Shown in pieces: positions 1-9,634 of a stretch of 52,551 nucleotides of DNA. This DNA comes from Arthrobacter sp. (lineage in GTDB: Bacteria > Actinomycetota > Actinomycetes > Actinomycetales > Micrococcaceae), in the NCBI GenBank assembly GCA_036390955.1, contig DASWAW010000325.1, forward strand, positions 1-52,551, given 5' to 3'. The notes beneath the pieces are model-generated. The model was not told the origin of the DNA and did no database searches. It was given only the letters and a program-made list of their open reading frames with translations. The translations under genes and the position numbers were made by a program. Position 1 is the stretch's first letter, and each line of letters starts with the position of its first letter.

Positions 1-549
1 ACCGTCACCGCCAAGAAGCCCGTCGATCCTGAGCAGGACGGCCTTGGCCGCCCGTACGTCGGCTACGAGCCCGGCATGACCCAGGATGAAATGTACGAGG
101 CCAACCACGGCGAATGGTCGATTGGGGCCCGCGGCCAGAAGGAGCGGTACGCCATCTTCTCGTTCGGCCGGACCGTCATCCAGGCCATCGAAATCGAATC
201 GCTGGAACGGACCACCATCTACAGCGGGAACCCCAACGACAAGCGCGACGACCGCTACTCGATCCACGGCAAGATCCTCGGCAAGGGCCACCCGGTCTTC
301 GACAAGTACGTCGGCAAGCCGAGCCCCGTCACCGCCGCACGGAACCCTGTCCGGTACTTCGATGACCCCGAGTTCGACGACGCGGCCGGCCAGTTGTGCC
401 GCTGCGGCTGCGGTGAGATGACGACGGGCGGCGAGTTCGTCCCTGGCCACGACCAGAAGGCCATCCACGAGCGCATCGCCCGGATCGGTACCGTCGCCGA
501 GTTCCTGGACTGGATGGACGTGGTCCGGCCAGCCTCACTCAGCCGCTAA
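1..549 (+). CDS. Hypothetical protein, 5'-truncated, with C-terminal CxCxC...PGHD metal-binding motif
   Basis: Frame is open from base 1 into ORF 76..549; CRCGCG...FVPGHD motif; followed by a hairpin. Confidence 0.7.
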   Translation, partial: TVTAKKPVDPEQDGLGRPYVGYEPGMTQDEMYEANHGEWSIGARGQKERYAIFSFGRTVIQAIEIESLERTTIYSGNPNDKRDDRYSIHGKILGKGHPVFDKYVGKPSPVTAARNPVRYFDDPEFDDAAGQLCRCGCGEMTTGGEFVPGHDQKAIHERIARIGTVAEFLDWMDVVRPASLSR

Positions 550-555
550 GATCAT

Positions 556-593
556 GAAGGCCCGGCGCAGCCTTGGGGCAGTGCCGGGCCTTC
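556..593. terminator. Hairpin terminator between convergent genes
   Basis: GAAGGCCCGGC...GCCGGGCCTTC inverted repeat. Confidence 0.65.
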
Positions 594-603
594 CTTGTGC
601 CCT

Positions 604-1401
604 CTAACCGTTCGGGAATTCCTGGGCGTGCCAGTCGTCGACGACGCCATGGATGTCCATCATGCCGTTCCAGCCGGAATCCTGGTATGCCTTGGCGGCG
701 AAACCGGCAAAACGCTCGACGGTGTCCCTGTCCTCAAAGCCCTTGCAGCCCAGGACACTGGTGCCGTAGGCGTACGAAAAACGGTGGTGTGTGTCGTATT
801 GGGCCCGGTCTTCGGGGCTCATCGGGTCCGAGTCGTCGGGCCATTCGATGTCGTACCGCTCGTCGTCCTCACCGTCTTCGCTCCCGAGGAGGGCCGCCAG
901 CTCGCCTGCTGCGGCTTCGTCGGCAGCTTTCTTCTTGGCGGCCTCCGCCTTGTACCTGTCGATGCACTCGTTCGCCGGCGTGCCGGGAGTGAAGTCCAGG
1001 TCGCGTTCGATCGGCAGCCCCATCTGTCCGCGGAGTTCCTCGACGTCGCCGAGCGGAATATAGCCCCATTCCCCGCCGCCCATACCGAGGTCCGCATAGC
1101 CGAACGCCTCGTTTCCCGCGGGGTCGTATTCGGCGATGTACCAGTCCATGCCGCCCTGGAAATAGTGGGCCTGGATCGGTTTCTCCCCGATGGGACCGTT
1201 GTTATCCGTGGCGTACAGCTGCGGCCAGGTGGCCATCTCCGAGGCCGGCGGGTAGAAGTCGTGCCCGCGGCACTCCCGCTGCGTCTCCTCCGGGCGGATA
1301 CCACCCGCAGTGAGCGGCGCCACCTCATCGGAATGGGCGGTGGGCGCGAACTGGCCTCCGATGGGGATACCTGCGGGCTGGTGGACGGTATTCGCGGACA
1401 T
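604..1401 (-). CDS. DUF2958-like protein with N-terminal GIPIGGQFA peptide
   Basis: W-Y-I-A-E-Y-D...FGYADLG...EWGYI..L.E...IERDL.F pattern typical of DUF2958; AAGGAG RBS. Confidence 0.7.
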   Translation of the reverse strand: MSANTVHQPAGIPIGGQFAPTAHSDEVAPLTAGGIRPEETQRECRGHDFYPPASEMATWPQLYATDNNGPIGEKPIQAHYFQGGMDWYIAEYDPAGNEAFGYADLGMGGGEWGYIPLGDVEELRGQMGLPIERDLDFTPGTPANECIDRYKAEAAKKKAADEAAAGELAALLGSEDGEDDERYDIEWPDDSDPMSPEDRAQYDTHHRFSYAYGTSVLGCKGFEDRDTVERFAGFAAKAYQDSGWNGMMDIHGVVDDWHAQEFPNG

Positions 1402-1436
1402 GATGCTCCTTGCAGACGGTGTGCGTTCACTCCTTC

Positions 1437-1445
1437 TGTGTGCGG
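1437..1445 (-). promoter_or_regulatory. Class C motif CCGCACACA
   Basis: Recurrent motif upstream of 604..1401. Confidence 0.6.
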
Positions 1446-1461
1446 CACTCCTCCCAAAGGG

Positions 1462-1485
1462 CCGTCACGGCGGTGCCTGCGCATG
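1462..1485 (+). promoter_or_regulatory. Class B motif CCGTC-N13-CGCATG
   Basis: Recurrent bipartite motif upstream of the LysM gene. Confidence 0.55.
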
Positions 1486-1542
1486 GTCCCTAGCTGGGCC
1501 CTGGTGAATTACCGGGCCCGTTGAACCCACCTAAGGAACACC

Positions 1543-2406
1543 GTGAAGAAACTCGACACATCCTTCGGCTTGTCGAAGCTCAAATGCGGCCTACGCTCCG
1601 CATTCCGGATCGCCACGATTTCCGGAACCATCGTCCTGTCCGTTTCCATGTCGGCCTGCGCACCTCCGTCCGCCACTCCCGCACCGGAATCCGTCGCAAT
1701 GGTCCAGGAGGTCCAGCAGGACCCGACCGCCACGGCAGCAGCAACAGCTTCGGACGCGCCGGCCCCCGACGCCTCGGCTCCTGCCGCAGCAACGGAGGCC
1801 CCGGCACCTGAGGCGCCTGTACCGGCGGAAGCCCCGTCGAACGACTACTCCGTGCAGTCCGGCGACACGGTAGACACCATCGCAGCCGCCCACGGGGTGG
1901 ACACCTACGGCATGCTCGCAGCCAACGGCCTGGGCATTTACAGCGTCATCGTTCCGGGACAGGTCCTGAAGCTCGCCGGCCCGGCGATCAGCGTTCCCGC
2001 GTACACACCGGCACCCGAGAGTGCCCCTGCACCAGCCGGCCGCGCCGCGGCTCCGGCCCCCGTGGCTGCGGCACCAGCCGGCCGAACGATCTACGTCGCC
2101 GGCTCCGGCGGCCAGGGCATGGTGGACCGGTGCATCGGGCCGATCCACTTCACCCCTGACGATGCCTGGTCGCTGTTCATCGTCGAGCACGACAGCTGTG
2201 GCGGATGGGCTCGCTTCTCGGGCATCGGCGTCGGCGAAACCGTCACGATCGCCGGTTACGGCACCTACACGGTGACGGGCCGGGGACAGGTCCCCAACCC
2301 CGGCACAACCGGCAACGTGGTCGCAGCCCTGGGCTCCATGCCCCGCGCCGTGCTGCAGACCTGCATCCCGGGCACCAACCAGATGCTGGTCATCGGCCTG
2401 AACTGA
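1543..2406 (+). CDS. LysM-domain probable lipoprotein with C-terminal sortase-like fold
   Basis: Hydrophobic signal ending SMSAC; YSVQSGDTVDTIAAAHGV LysM; C-terminal His plus VLQTC. Confidence 0.75.
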   Translation: MKKLDTSFGLSKLKCGLRSAFRIATISGTIVLSVSMSACAPPSATPAPESVAMVQEVQQDPTATAAATASDAPAPDASAPAAATEAPAPEAPVPAEAPSNDYSVQSGDTVDTIAAAHGVDTYGMLAANGLGIYSVIVPGQVLKLAGPAISVPAYTPAPESAPAPAGRAAAPAPVAAAPAGRTIYVAGSGGQGMVDRCIGPIHFTPDDAWSLFIVEHDSCGGWARFSGIGVGETVTIAGYGTYTVTGRGQVPNPGTTGNVVAALGSMPRAVLQTCIPGTNQMLVIGLN

Positions 2407-2416
2407 TCCAGGCAGC

Positions 2417-2450
2417 AAAGGGCCCGGCGGGAAATCCCGCCGGGCCCTTT
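2417..2450. terminator. Bidirectional rho-independent terminator
   Basis: AAAGGGCCCGGCGGGA-AA-TCCCGCCGGGCCCTTT palindrome between convergent genes. Confidence 0.8.
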
Positions 2451-2479
2451 CTCTTTGCCTGCGCCTGCTCCCCCGGCGG

Positions 2480-3361
2480 TTAGCCGAACTTGTTGATGAC
2501 GTTCAGGACGGCCGGGCCGAGAAGGGCGATGAACAGTACGGGCAGGATGCAGAGCATGAGCGGGATGATGACCTTGACCGGAATCTGCATAGCCTTCTCC
2601 TCCGCGCGCTGGCGGCGTTTGAGCCGGATTTCCCCGGCCTGGGTCCGCAGCACCTTGCTGATCGAGATGCCGTAGATGTCGGCCTGGACCACCGAACGGA
2701 CGAACGTGTCCAGATCCGGTACAGCGGTCCGTTCCGCCAGCGCTTCGTAGGCTTCCCGGCGCGATCGGCCGATCTGCATGTCCTGGAGGGTGCGGAGCAG
2801 TTCGTCCGCCAGCGGTCCTTTGCCTTTCTCTCCTGCCCGGGACATGGCGGAATCGAACCCGAGCCCGGCTTCAACAGCGATCATCATCTGGTCCAGGGTG
2901 TCCGGCAACTCAAGGGCAATGGTCTTCTGCCGCTCCTGGCCGCGGCCTTGAAGCAGGAGATCCGGAACGAAGAAGGCGACGACGGTCACGACAATGACGA
3001 GCAGGAGCAGCGGGCCGCCCAGGTGGCCGCTGAAGAGAAGCAGGCACAGCAACAGCGCCACGACTGCCAGGACCGGTTTGGCGGCGATGACCCGGGACAC
3101 GGTCCATGCCGGCGGCCTCCCTGCCAGGGCATGGAGGCGGTCCAGGCGCGCTACGGTGCGCGGCAGGGTGAGTCGGCGGGCGGCGGCGACGAACGACCAG
3201 TCACGTCGTGCTGAGATCTTTTCGGTGCTGCCGGTGAATCCGCGGGACAGGTTTTCCAGAATGACCGGCCGGCCTTTGTCGCGGGCGAAGAACAGAAACC
3301 AGAGCAGCACCGGCACGGAGACTGTGATGGCGAGGATTCCCAGGGTTATGGTCGTCGGCAT
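2480..3361 (-). CDS. tadC: Tad pilus assembly protein TadC (T2SS F family)
   Basis: ELPDTLDQM...AGLGFDSA...AEEKAMQIPVK; position in the locus. Confidence 0.9.
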   Translation of the reverse strand: MPTTITLGILAITVSVPVLLWFLFFARDKGRPVILENLSRGFTGSTEKISARRDWSFVAAARRLTLPRTVARLDRLHALAGRPPAWTVSRVIAAKPVLAVVALLLCLLLFSGHLGGPLLLLVIVVTVVAFFVPDLLLQGRGQERQKTIALELPDTLDQMMIAVEAGLGFDSAMSRAGEKGKGPLADELLRTLQDMQIGRSRREAYEALAERTAVPDLDTFVRSVVQADIYGISISKVLRTQAGEIRLKRRQRAEEKAMQIPVKVIIPLMLCILPVLFIALLGPAVLNVINKFG

Positions 3362-3389
3362 GGAGGGTGCTTTCTGCAGTGCGGGAGGG

Positions 3390-4319
3390 CTAGAACTTGA
3401 AGGTGACGATTTTCTTCATCCAGAGTCCGCCGACGGTCATCATGATGGCGCCGGCGGCCACCATGGCCCATCCGATGACGCTGGATCCGAAGCTCGCAAT
3501 GTAGGACGGGCTGATGATGGCCAGGACGCCGATGATCAGGACGGGCAGGGACGTGAGGATGTACGCGGAGATTTTGCCTTCGGCGCTGAGCGCTTTGACC
3601 TGGCGCTGAATCTGGCCGCGCTCACGGATGGTCCGTCCGACCTGGTCCAGGACTTCGGCAAGGTCCCCGCCGACTTCACGGTGGATGCCGATGGCCTGGG
3701 CGACCCAGCTGAAGTCCTCGCATTTCATCCGCTCCGAGGTCTGGTCCATGGCCGCGTTCAGGTCCCGGCCGAGCCTGGTTTCGTTGATGATGCGGGAGAA
3801 CTCTTCGGCGGTCGGGGACGGTGCCTGCTGGGATACGGCGTCGATGGCGCGCAGCAGGCTATGCCCGGCGCGCAGTCCGCCGGAGAGGAGCTGCAGCGAA
3901 TCGTCCATCTGGGCGGCGAACTTCTTGCGCCGCTTGTCAGCAAGGACGGACAGGTACATTTTCGCGCCCAGGGCGCAAGTACCCGCACCGAGCACCGCCG
4001 TCAGCGCTCCACCCAGAAGGGTGCCGCAGATGCCGCCGATCAGGCAGGCCGCCCCGGCCAGGATCAGAAAGTCAGCCGGAGCGATGACGAGTCCGGCCTG
4101 TTCCAGGGCTGAGGCGATCCCTCGTGTCCAGCCGCGGCGGTTCAGGAAGTCTTCGATGGACCCCGTGGTGATGCCGGTGATGCGGCTCAGCACCGAGGCC
4201 CCTTCCGGGGCCGCCGGGCGCCGCAGCTCTGCCGGCAGGGGCGGACGACCGGGTTTCAGCACGGCCACCCCGAAGACAGCCAGTGCGGCGTAGCAGCAGA
4301 TGAACCCGAAAACGAGCAT
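3390..4319 (-). CDS. tadB: Tad pilus assembly protein TadB
   Basis: LRAGHS...GGDLAEVLD...ALSAEGKISA. Confidence 0.9.
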   Translation of the reverse strand: MLVFGFICCYAALAVFGVAVLKPGRPPLPAELRRPAAPEGASVLSRITGITTGSIEDFLNRRGWTRGIASALEQAGLVIAPADFLILAGAACLIGGICGTLLGGALTAVLGAGTCALGAKMYLSVLADKRRKKFAAQMDDSLQLLSGGLRAGHSLLRAIDAVSQQAPSPTAEEFSRIINETRLGRDLNAAMDQTSERMKCEDFSWVAQAIGIHREVGGDLAEVLDQVGRTIRERGQIQRQVKALSAEGKISAYILTSLPVLIIGVLAIISPSYIASFGSSVIGWAMVAAGAIMMTVGGLWMKKIVTFKF

Positions 4320-5722
4320 TACCGGCCCCCGGGCCGAGCCGGCGGCGTGCCGAAAACCGACGGGGAGAGCTTGATCCCGAGGTCATCGAACTTGTCGGTG
4401 AACTTGGGGCGGACCCCGGTGGACACCGGCTTGCCCAGGAAGCGGCCGTCGGCGTCGATTCCGGCGCTGTAGTCGAAGACGAAGGCGTCCTGCAGCGTGA
4501 CGATGTCGCCTTCCATGCCCTGGACTTCGGTGACGTGGGTGACCCGGCGGGTGCCGTCCCGGAGCCGGGTGAGCTGGATGATGACATCCACGGCGGAGGC
4601 GATCTGCTCCCGGACCGCCCGCAGCGGAAGGTCCATGCCGGCCATCAGGACCAGCGTCTCCATGCGCGAGATCGCATCCCGCGGGGAGTTGGAGTGAATC
4701 GTGGACAGAGACCCGTCATGGCCGGTGTTCATCGCCTGGAGCATGTCCAGTGCCTCACCGCCACGGCATTCGCCCACGACGATCCGGTCGGGGCGCATCC
4801 GGAGGGAGTTCTTGAGCAGGTCCCGGATGCTGATTTCGCCTTTGCCTTCAACGTTGGAGGGCCGGCTTTCGAGCCGGACGACGTGGTTCTGCTGGAGTTG
4901 GAGTTCGACGGCGTCCTCGATCGTGACGATGCGCTCTCCGGCGGGGATGAAGGATGAGAGCACGTTCAGCAGGGTGGTCTTCCCGGTGCCGGTGCCTCCC
5001 GAGACGATGATGTTCAGGTGGGCTTTGACGCAGGCGTCCAGCAGTTCCGCCATTTCCGGGGAGATCGACCCGAAGCGCACCAGGTCGGCGACTTTCAGCG
5101 GGTCGGCGGCGAACTTACGGATTGTCAGGGAGGATCCGTTGACAGCCAGCGGCGGGATCACCGCGTTGACCCGGGAGCCGTCGGCTAGACGGGCATCCAC
5201 CATCGGGGAGGATTCGTCGATGCGCCGGCCGACACGGGAGACGATCCGTTCGATGACCCGGCGCAGGTCGTCTTCGGATTTGAAGTGTGCCTGGGTTTCG
5301 GTGACGATGCCGTTCTGCTCCACGAAGATCTGGTCCGGGCCGTTGACCATGATTTCGGAGACGGTTTCATCGTCGAGCAGCCGCTGGAGCGGACCGTAGC
5401 CCATCACGTCATCGCTGATCTGGGTGACCAGGCGCTGGCGCTCCTGGCTGCTGAGCGGGACGCTCTCCGCGTCGACGATCTGGATGAGTTCCTCGCGGGC
5501 GTAGGCGAGCAGACCCTCCTCGGCGAGGGTGGGGTCGTTCAGCCGGGCGCCGATCCGTTCGAAGAGGGCGGCGCCGGCGCGCTGCTTCAGCCCGGAAAGG
5601 GCGTCCTCCTGGTGGGCCGGGGCTTTGGCGGGCTCGGCGGTGACGGCCGGCGCGGGCCGGTCTTCGGTGATGGTGCTGGCTCCAGTGCCGGTTTGGGCAT
5701 CAAGGCGTTCGGCGAGATTCAA
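4319..5722 (-). CDS. tadA: Tad secretion ATPase TadA/CpaF
   Basis: GGTGTGKTT Walker A, TIEDAVEL, LRMRPDRIVVGE, MNTGH. Confidence 0.95.
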   Translation of the reverse strand: MNLAERLDAQTGTGASTITEDRPAPAVTAEPAKAPAHQEDALSGLKQRAGAALFERIGARLNDPTLAEEGLLAYAREELIQIVDAESVPLSSQERQRLVTQISDDVMGYGPLQRLLDDETVSEIMVNGPDQIFVEQNGIVTETQAHFKSEDDLRRVIERIVSRVGRRIDESSPMVDARLADGSRVNAVIPPLAVNGSSLTIRKFAADPLKVADLVRFGSISPEMAELLDACVKAHLNIIVSGGTGTGKTTLLNVLSSFIPAGERIVTIEDAVELQLQQNHVVRLESRPSNVEGKGEISIRDLLKNSLRMRPDRIVVGECRGGEALDMLQAMNTGHDGSLSTIHSNSPRDAISRMETLVLMAGMDLPLRAVREQIASAVDVIIQLTRLRDGTRRVTHVTEVQGMEGDIVTLQDAFVFDYSAGIDADGRFLGKPVSTGVRPKFTDKFDDLGIKLSPSVFGTPPARPGGR

Positions 5723-6918
5723 GATACATCGGCCCTTCGGTGCAGTCCCTTGCGGGGCTTGGATTCCATCGCGGGATCAAATCGGTCCACGAGCCTGCGG
5801 AGCGCTTTGGCTGCCTTGTCCCGCGACCGCTGGTGGAGCAGGGGTTCGCCCTGGTTCGTGGAGTAGGACAGGGCCTTGGAGCTCGGGATGGCAAGATCCA
5901 CCGGCGCCCCGAGCGTGGCCTCGACGTCCTGGATGGACAGTCCGCTGTCCCGGACGGCGTTGTTGACGACCAGGTGCCGGCCGTGGGAGGTCATACCCAG
6001 CTTGTCCAGAACATCGAGCTCCTTACGGGCCCCGCGGACGCTGGGAACGTCCATGCCGCACAGGATGACGGCGTCGGTCGCCGCCTCCAGCGCAGCCAGG
6101 GTGTGCTCTCCGAGGCCCGGGGCGGTGTCGATGACCACGTATTGGAATTCGCTGGCCAGCTGCTGAAGCACCCGGGTGATCTGCGCCCCGCTGATGCGGT
6201 TGCTGTCCGCCGGGTCCGAGGGGGCGCAGAGCGCGTAGATGGATGCCGGGTGGACGCTGAGGAGGGTCTTCAGGACCATGGTGTCCTGTGCTCCGGCGCC
6301 GGTGACCGCGTCTTTGAGTGTGTGTTCCGGGACGATCCGCAGGACGGTGTCCACGTCGCCGAACTGGATGTCCAGGTCCACCAGCACGGTCGACATCGGC
6401 GCAATCTTGCCCAGACCGACCGCGAGGTTGGTGGCGACGGTCGTCTTGCCGACACCGCCTTTGGCCGCGGTGACCACGATGACCTTTCCCCGGGATTCTT
6501 CCGGGGCGGCTTCCTGCGAGATGATCCGGCTCCGGCTGGCCGATGACAGGCAGGCCCGCTCCAGCAGGACGCGGATCATGTCGGGGTCAGCCTGGGGGCC
6601 CAGAATGTCACGGACACCGGCCCGCATCCCGGCGAGGGCCAGGTCCGGGTCGGTGTCCCGGACGAGGATGAGGCTGATTTCAGGATGCTGGACGTCAAAG
6701 ACTGCGGCCAGCCGGAGCACGGCTTCGAGGTCTGTATCGGGTCCGAACAGAATGACCTGCGGCGGCCCGTCGGTCATGGTCTTCAGGACAGCATCCGGGG
6801 TCTCAGGCAATGAGGTGTGAGGAAAGACCTGCATGGTTCCCGGCAGGCGGTCGGTGATCGCCGTCTTGACCCGCTGGATGAAGGCGGAGTCGGACGTGAG
6901 GAGAACGAAGCGGCTCAT
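5719..6918 (-). CDS. cpaE: CpaE/TadZ pilus localisation ATPase (receiver-like domain plus MinD-like domain)
   Basis: AKGGVGKTT deviant Walker A; DLDIQFGD. Confidence 0.88.
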   Translation of the reverse strand: MSRFVLLTSDSAFIQRVKTAITDRLPGTMQVFPHTSLPETPDAVLKTMTDGPPQVILFGPDTDLEAVLRLAAVFDVQHPEISLILVRDTDPDLALAGMRAGVRDILGPQADPDMIRVLLERACLSSASRSRIISQEAAPEESRGKVIVVTAAKGGVGKTTVATNLAVGLGKIAPMSTVLVDLDIQFGDVDTVLRIVPEHTLKDAVTGAGAQDTMVLKTLLSVHPASIYALCAPSDPADSNRISGAQITRVLQQLASEFQYVVIDTAPGLGEHTLAALEAATDAVILCGMDVPSVRGARKELDVLDKLGMTSHGRHLVVNNAVRDSGLSIQDVEATLGAPVDLAIPSSKALSYSTNQGEPLLHQRSRDKAAKALRRLVDRFDPAMESKPRKGLHRRADVS

Positions 6919-7655
6919 TTGTAGTAACCGTCCTTGGTGACGACGGATGTGCCGTCCCCGTTCGCTGCAGCTGGTTCCTTGGAGAGCCAGAGGGTGCCGT
7001 ACTCGGCGGCGAATACGATTTTCTCGGCCTCGTGGGCGGGCCGTGCCAGCGTGATGAGCATCGCCCCGGTCGGGACGGGCGGGCCCGGCGCCGTGGTTGC
7101 GGCAGCCTTTCCGGTCGGTTCCGCGGGCGCGCCCTGGACGCTGGTGACGAGGACCTTCTGGAAGGCGAGGTGTGTGGTGGGTGATCCCGGGCCTGCACCG
7201 TCCGTAAAGGAAACGAAGATGCCCACCGTGTCGCCTGCTATCAGCTGGCCACCTGCTACACGGTCCGGTCCAAGCTGCACTGTGACTTCCTGCAGCCCGG
7301 CCGGGACCGCGACCTTGCCCGGGATCAACAGCGAGGCCGGGTCGACCAGGCGGGCGTTCAGCAGCTGCTCCCCCTGGAGAAGCTTGGCGGAGGTCACCTT
7401 TCCATCGAGGGTGGACATGTCAGTGACGGCCCCTGGTGCGATGGCGGACACCGGCACGGATGCTGTTTTGGTGAACTTGGTGAGCTCCGCAGCGGGGGTG
7501 TTTGCCGGAACTTCCTTGTCGATCACGTAGATGTTCCGGACCTCCGCACCGTGCATCGCACGCTGGTCGGCGCCTTGGACGTAGGAGGTGACAGCGACAG
7601 TGCCGGTCACGGCGAGAAGGAGCGCGGCGGCGGCCCCGATAAGGCGGGTTTTCAA
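6915..7655 (-). CDS. cpaB: Flp pilus assembly protein CpaB/RcpC (SAF domain)
   Basis: N-terminal TM, SAF-like domain, GDTVGIFVS; position in the locus. Confidence 0.85.
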   Translation of the reverse strand: MKTRLIGAAAALLLAVTGTVAVTSYVQGADQRAMHGAEVRNIYVIDKEVPANTPAAELTKFTKTASVPVSAIAPGAVTDMSTLDGKVTSAKLLQGEQLLNARLVDPASLLIPGKVAVPAGLQEVTVQLGPDRVAGGQLIAGDTVGIFVSFTDGAGPGSPTTHLAFQKVLVTSVQGAPAEPTGKAAATTAPGPPVPTGAMLITLARPAHEAEKIVFAAEYGTLWLSKEPAAANGDGTSVVTKDGYYK

Positions 7656-7713
7656 GAGTCCGGTGCTCCTAAGAGGGTCCAGGCGGTAATGGTCGGTGGT
7701 GCGTGAAGGAATA

Positions 7714-7722
7714 TGTGTGCGG
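7714..7722 (-). promoter_or_regulatory. Class C motif inside the Tad cluster
   Basis: CCGCACACA upstream of cpaB. Confidence 0.55.
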
Positions 7723-7764
7723 CGTCGGGAGTAAACGTGCCCGCGGGGGTTCTCTGCACCCCGG

Positions 7765-8748
7765 CTATCCGATCAGGGTGACGATGTTCGCCCCGAGATC
7801 GGCTCCGGTTCCGGTGAAGTTGTCATCCAGGGAGACGAAGCTGACGAACTGTCCGATGATTCCCTTGCATGAGCCTTTGCAGGTGGCCCCGGTGTAGGCG
7901 TTGCTCTGATAGCTGGATCCCGGGTAGTTCCAGCCGAGAAGCTTGAAGGCGGCCCAGCCGGTGATCTTGTACCAGCCGCCGGCCCCGGCACCGCTCAAAT
8001 CGCTGTAGACCGGCAGCAGGACGGTCTTGTCGGCGTTGGCGGCAAGGACAGCGGCGCACCCTGTGGGGAGGCTGATGCCGGTGTCGCTGGTCATCATGGC
8101 GTTCAAGGCAACATCGACACTGGCGTTGCAGACCCCTGACGGAGTGGAGAGCCATCCAAACCCGCCGGGGAGGAGCTGCCCTGAAGGGCTGGTGCTTGAG
8201 CACGGGGTCCCGCCGGTGTCTCCGTGGCGGCTGATGACCTGGATGGCGCCGTTGAGCTTGAAGTTGCAGGGTGCGAACGTCAGGGGCAGGACTGCCGGCC
8301 CGCGGGCCGGGCTTCCCCATTGCGCGGTGGAGGTGGCGGCGACGGCGTCAGTTTTGATGCCGAGGACCGGTGCGAACGTGAGCGACAGGTAGCCGGCCCC
8401 GGTCTTGCCGTCCTTGGTGGCTGTCTGGACGGTGACGGCGTTCGAGCTGGGGTAGGTCAGGGACGAGACCCGGGAGGCCCCGTCGTTGGAGTTGGCGTTG
8501 GCGAAGTCCTGGGCGGTGGCCATCTTGAGTGCCGGGTTGGTGCAGTTCGTGGTCATACTGCATTCCTGGGCGATCGCGAGGGCAGCGGCGTCAGCGCCGG
8601 ACTGCAGCTGGGCCCGTTCGGAGTAGAGTGCGCCCGTGTCGATGGCGATGGCTGCGCATCCGATCAGGGCAACCATGGCGAAAGCGACGATCACGGTGAC
8701 GGCACCGCGTTCACCGTCGGGGACGGGTTTCCGTTTCACCCACCGCAC
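7765..8748 (-). CDS. TadG-like pseudopilin
   Basis: ERGAVTVIV...DTG...LQSGADAAALA Tad N-terminus. Confidence 0.85.
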   Translation of the reverse strand: MRWVKRKPVPDGERGAVTVIVAFAMVALIGCAAIAIDTGALYSERAQLQSGADAAALAIAQECSMTTNCTNPALKMATAQDFANANSNDGASRVSSLTYPSSNAVTVQTATKDGKTGAGYLSLTFAPVLGIKTDAVAATSTAQWGSPARGPAVLPLTFAPCNFKLNGAIQVISRHGDTGGTPCSSTSPSGQLLPGGFGWLSTPSGVCNASVDVALNAMMTSDTGISLPTGCAAVLAANADKTVLLPVYSDLSGAGAGGWYKITGWAAFKLLGWNYPGSSYQSNAYTGATCKGSCKGIIGQFVSFVSLDDNFTGTGADLGANIVTLIG

Positions 8749-9116
8749 CGCATCACGCTCTTTCCTGTAAGGTCCAGGCCGCGGCTAAGGAACCCTGTGA
8801 TGAAATCCAGATGGTAGGTGACAGTGACGGTGGTGTTGGCTCCGGTCGTGCAGGTTGCGGGGCTGATCTGTATCTGCGCATTTTTCAGCTGGGGGTTCAG
8901 CGACGGTGAGGCTGCAATGACAGCCGCCTGGGCCCCAGCGACGTTCTTCTGGATGGACATCACCCGCGCGCCTTCCCGTGCCGCGGCCGTGACAGAAATC
9001 TGGACGTTGTACGCCCGGCCGAACTCGACGATGCCGAGCATGAGGCCAATGAGGAGCGGGAGGATCAGGGCGAACTCTACGGCGACCGAACCGCGTTCGG
9101 ACCGGAACTTTTTCAT
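8736..9116 (-). CDS. tadE: TadE-like pseudopilin
   Basis: ERGSVAVEFALILP...AAREGAR. Confidence 0.9.
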   Translation of the reverse strand: MKKFRSERGSVAVEFALILPLLIGLMLGIVEFGRAYNVQISVTAAAREGARVMSIQKNVAGAQAAVIAASPSLNPQLKNAQIQISPATCTTGANTTVTVTYHLDFITGFLSRGLDLTGKSVMRCGG

Positions 9117-9196
9117 GTCAGGCTTCCTGTCCGAACGTAGATCTGCCCCGCGGCCGCCTTCGCAGCAACGGGGCAGATTTGTTCGAGGCGGGCCGC

Positions 9197-9403
9197 TTAG
9201 GCCGGCTTCGGGAGGCTGTTGGTCACGGAGGTGAACAGGTTGGCCAGCTGTGGGCCGAGGATGACCAGCGCGGCGATGATCGCTACCGCGATCAAACCGA
9301 CCAGCAGTCCGTATTCGACTGCCGTGGCACCCTTTTCTTCGCTGGCGAGGCGGTTCTTCGTGGTCTCGAGGAAGGAGAAGAAGGTAGCGAAGAGCGGATT
9401 CAT
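9197..9403 (-). CDS. flp: Flp family type IVb pilin
   Basis: EEKGATAVEYGLLVGLIA Flp motif. Confidence 0.93.
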   Translation of the reverse strand: MNPLFATFFSFLETTKNRLASEEKGATAVEYGLLVGLIAVAIIAALVILGPQLANLFTSVTNSLPKPA

Positions 9404-9634
9404 GAAAGGTCCTTACATTGATTGATTGCTGCAGTTCTGTTGTTCCCGGCCCGGGCCGGGAATGATTCGTGAGAATTCTGCGTACGAGGCCCGCCGCTTA
9501 CTCCCGCTGACGCTGTGCACGGCCCCGGCGATCCTTCTCACCGTGTCCGCAGTCGCGCTTAACCTTTAGAAGTCCGCTGCCGCGCAAAATCGGTGAGAAA
9601 TCCTGAAGCTTCTTTCTTCCGCATCGCTACAGGG

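Noticed and set aside
9404-9634. Riboswitch or ncRNA upstream of flp
   Set aside because: Only short inverted repeats (TTCTCACCG/CGGTGAGAA); no family consensus recognised without a covariance search.
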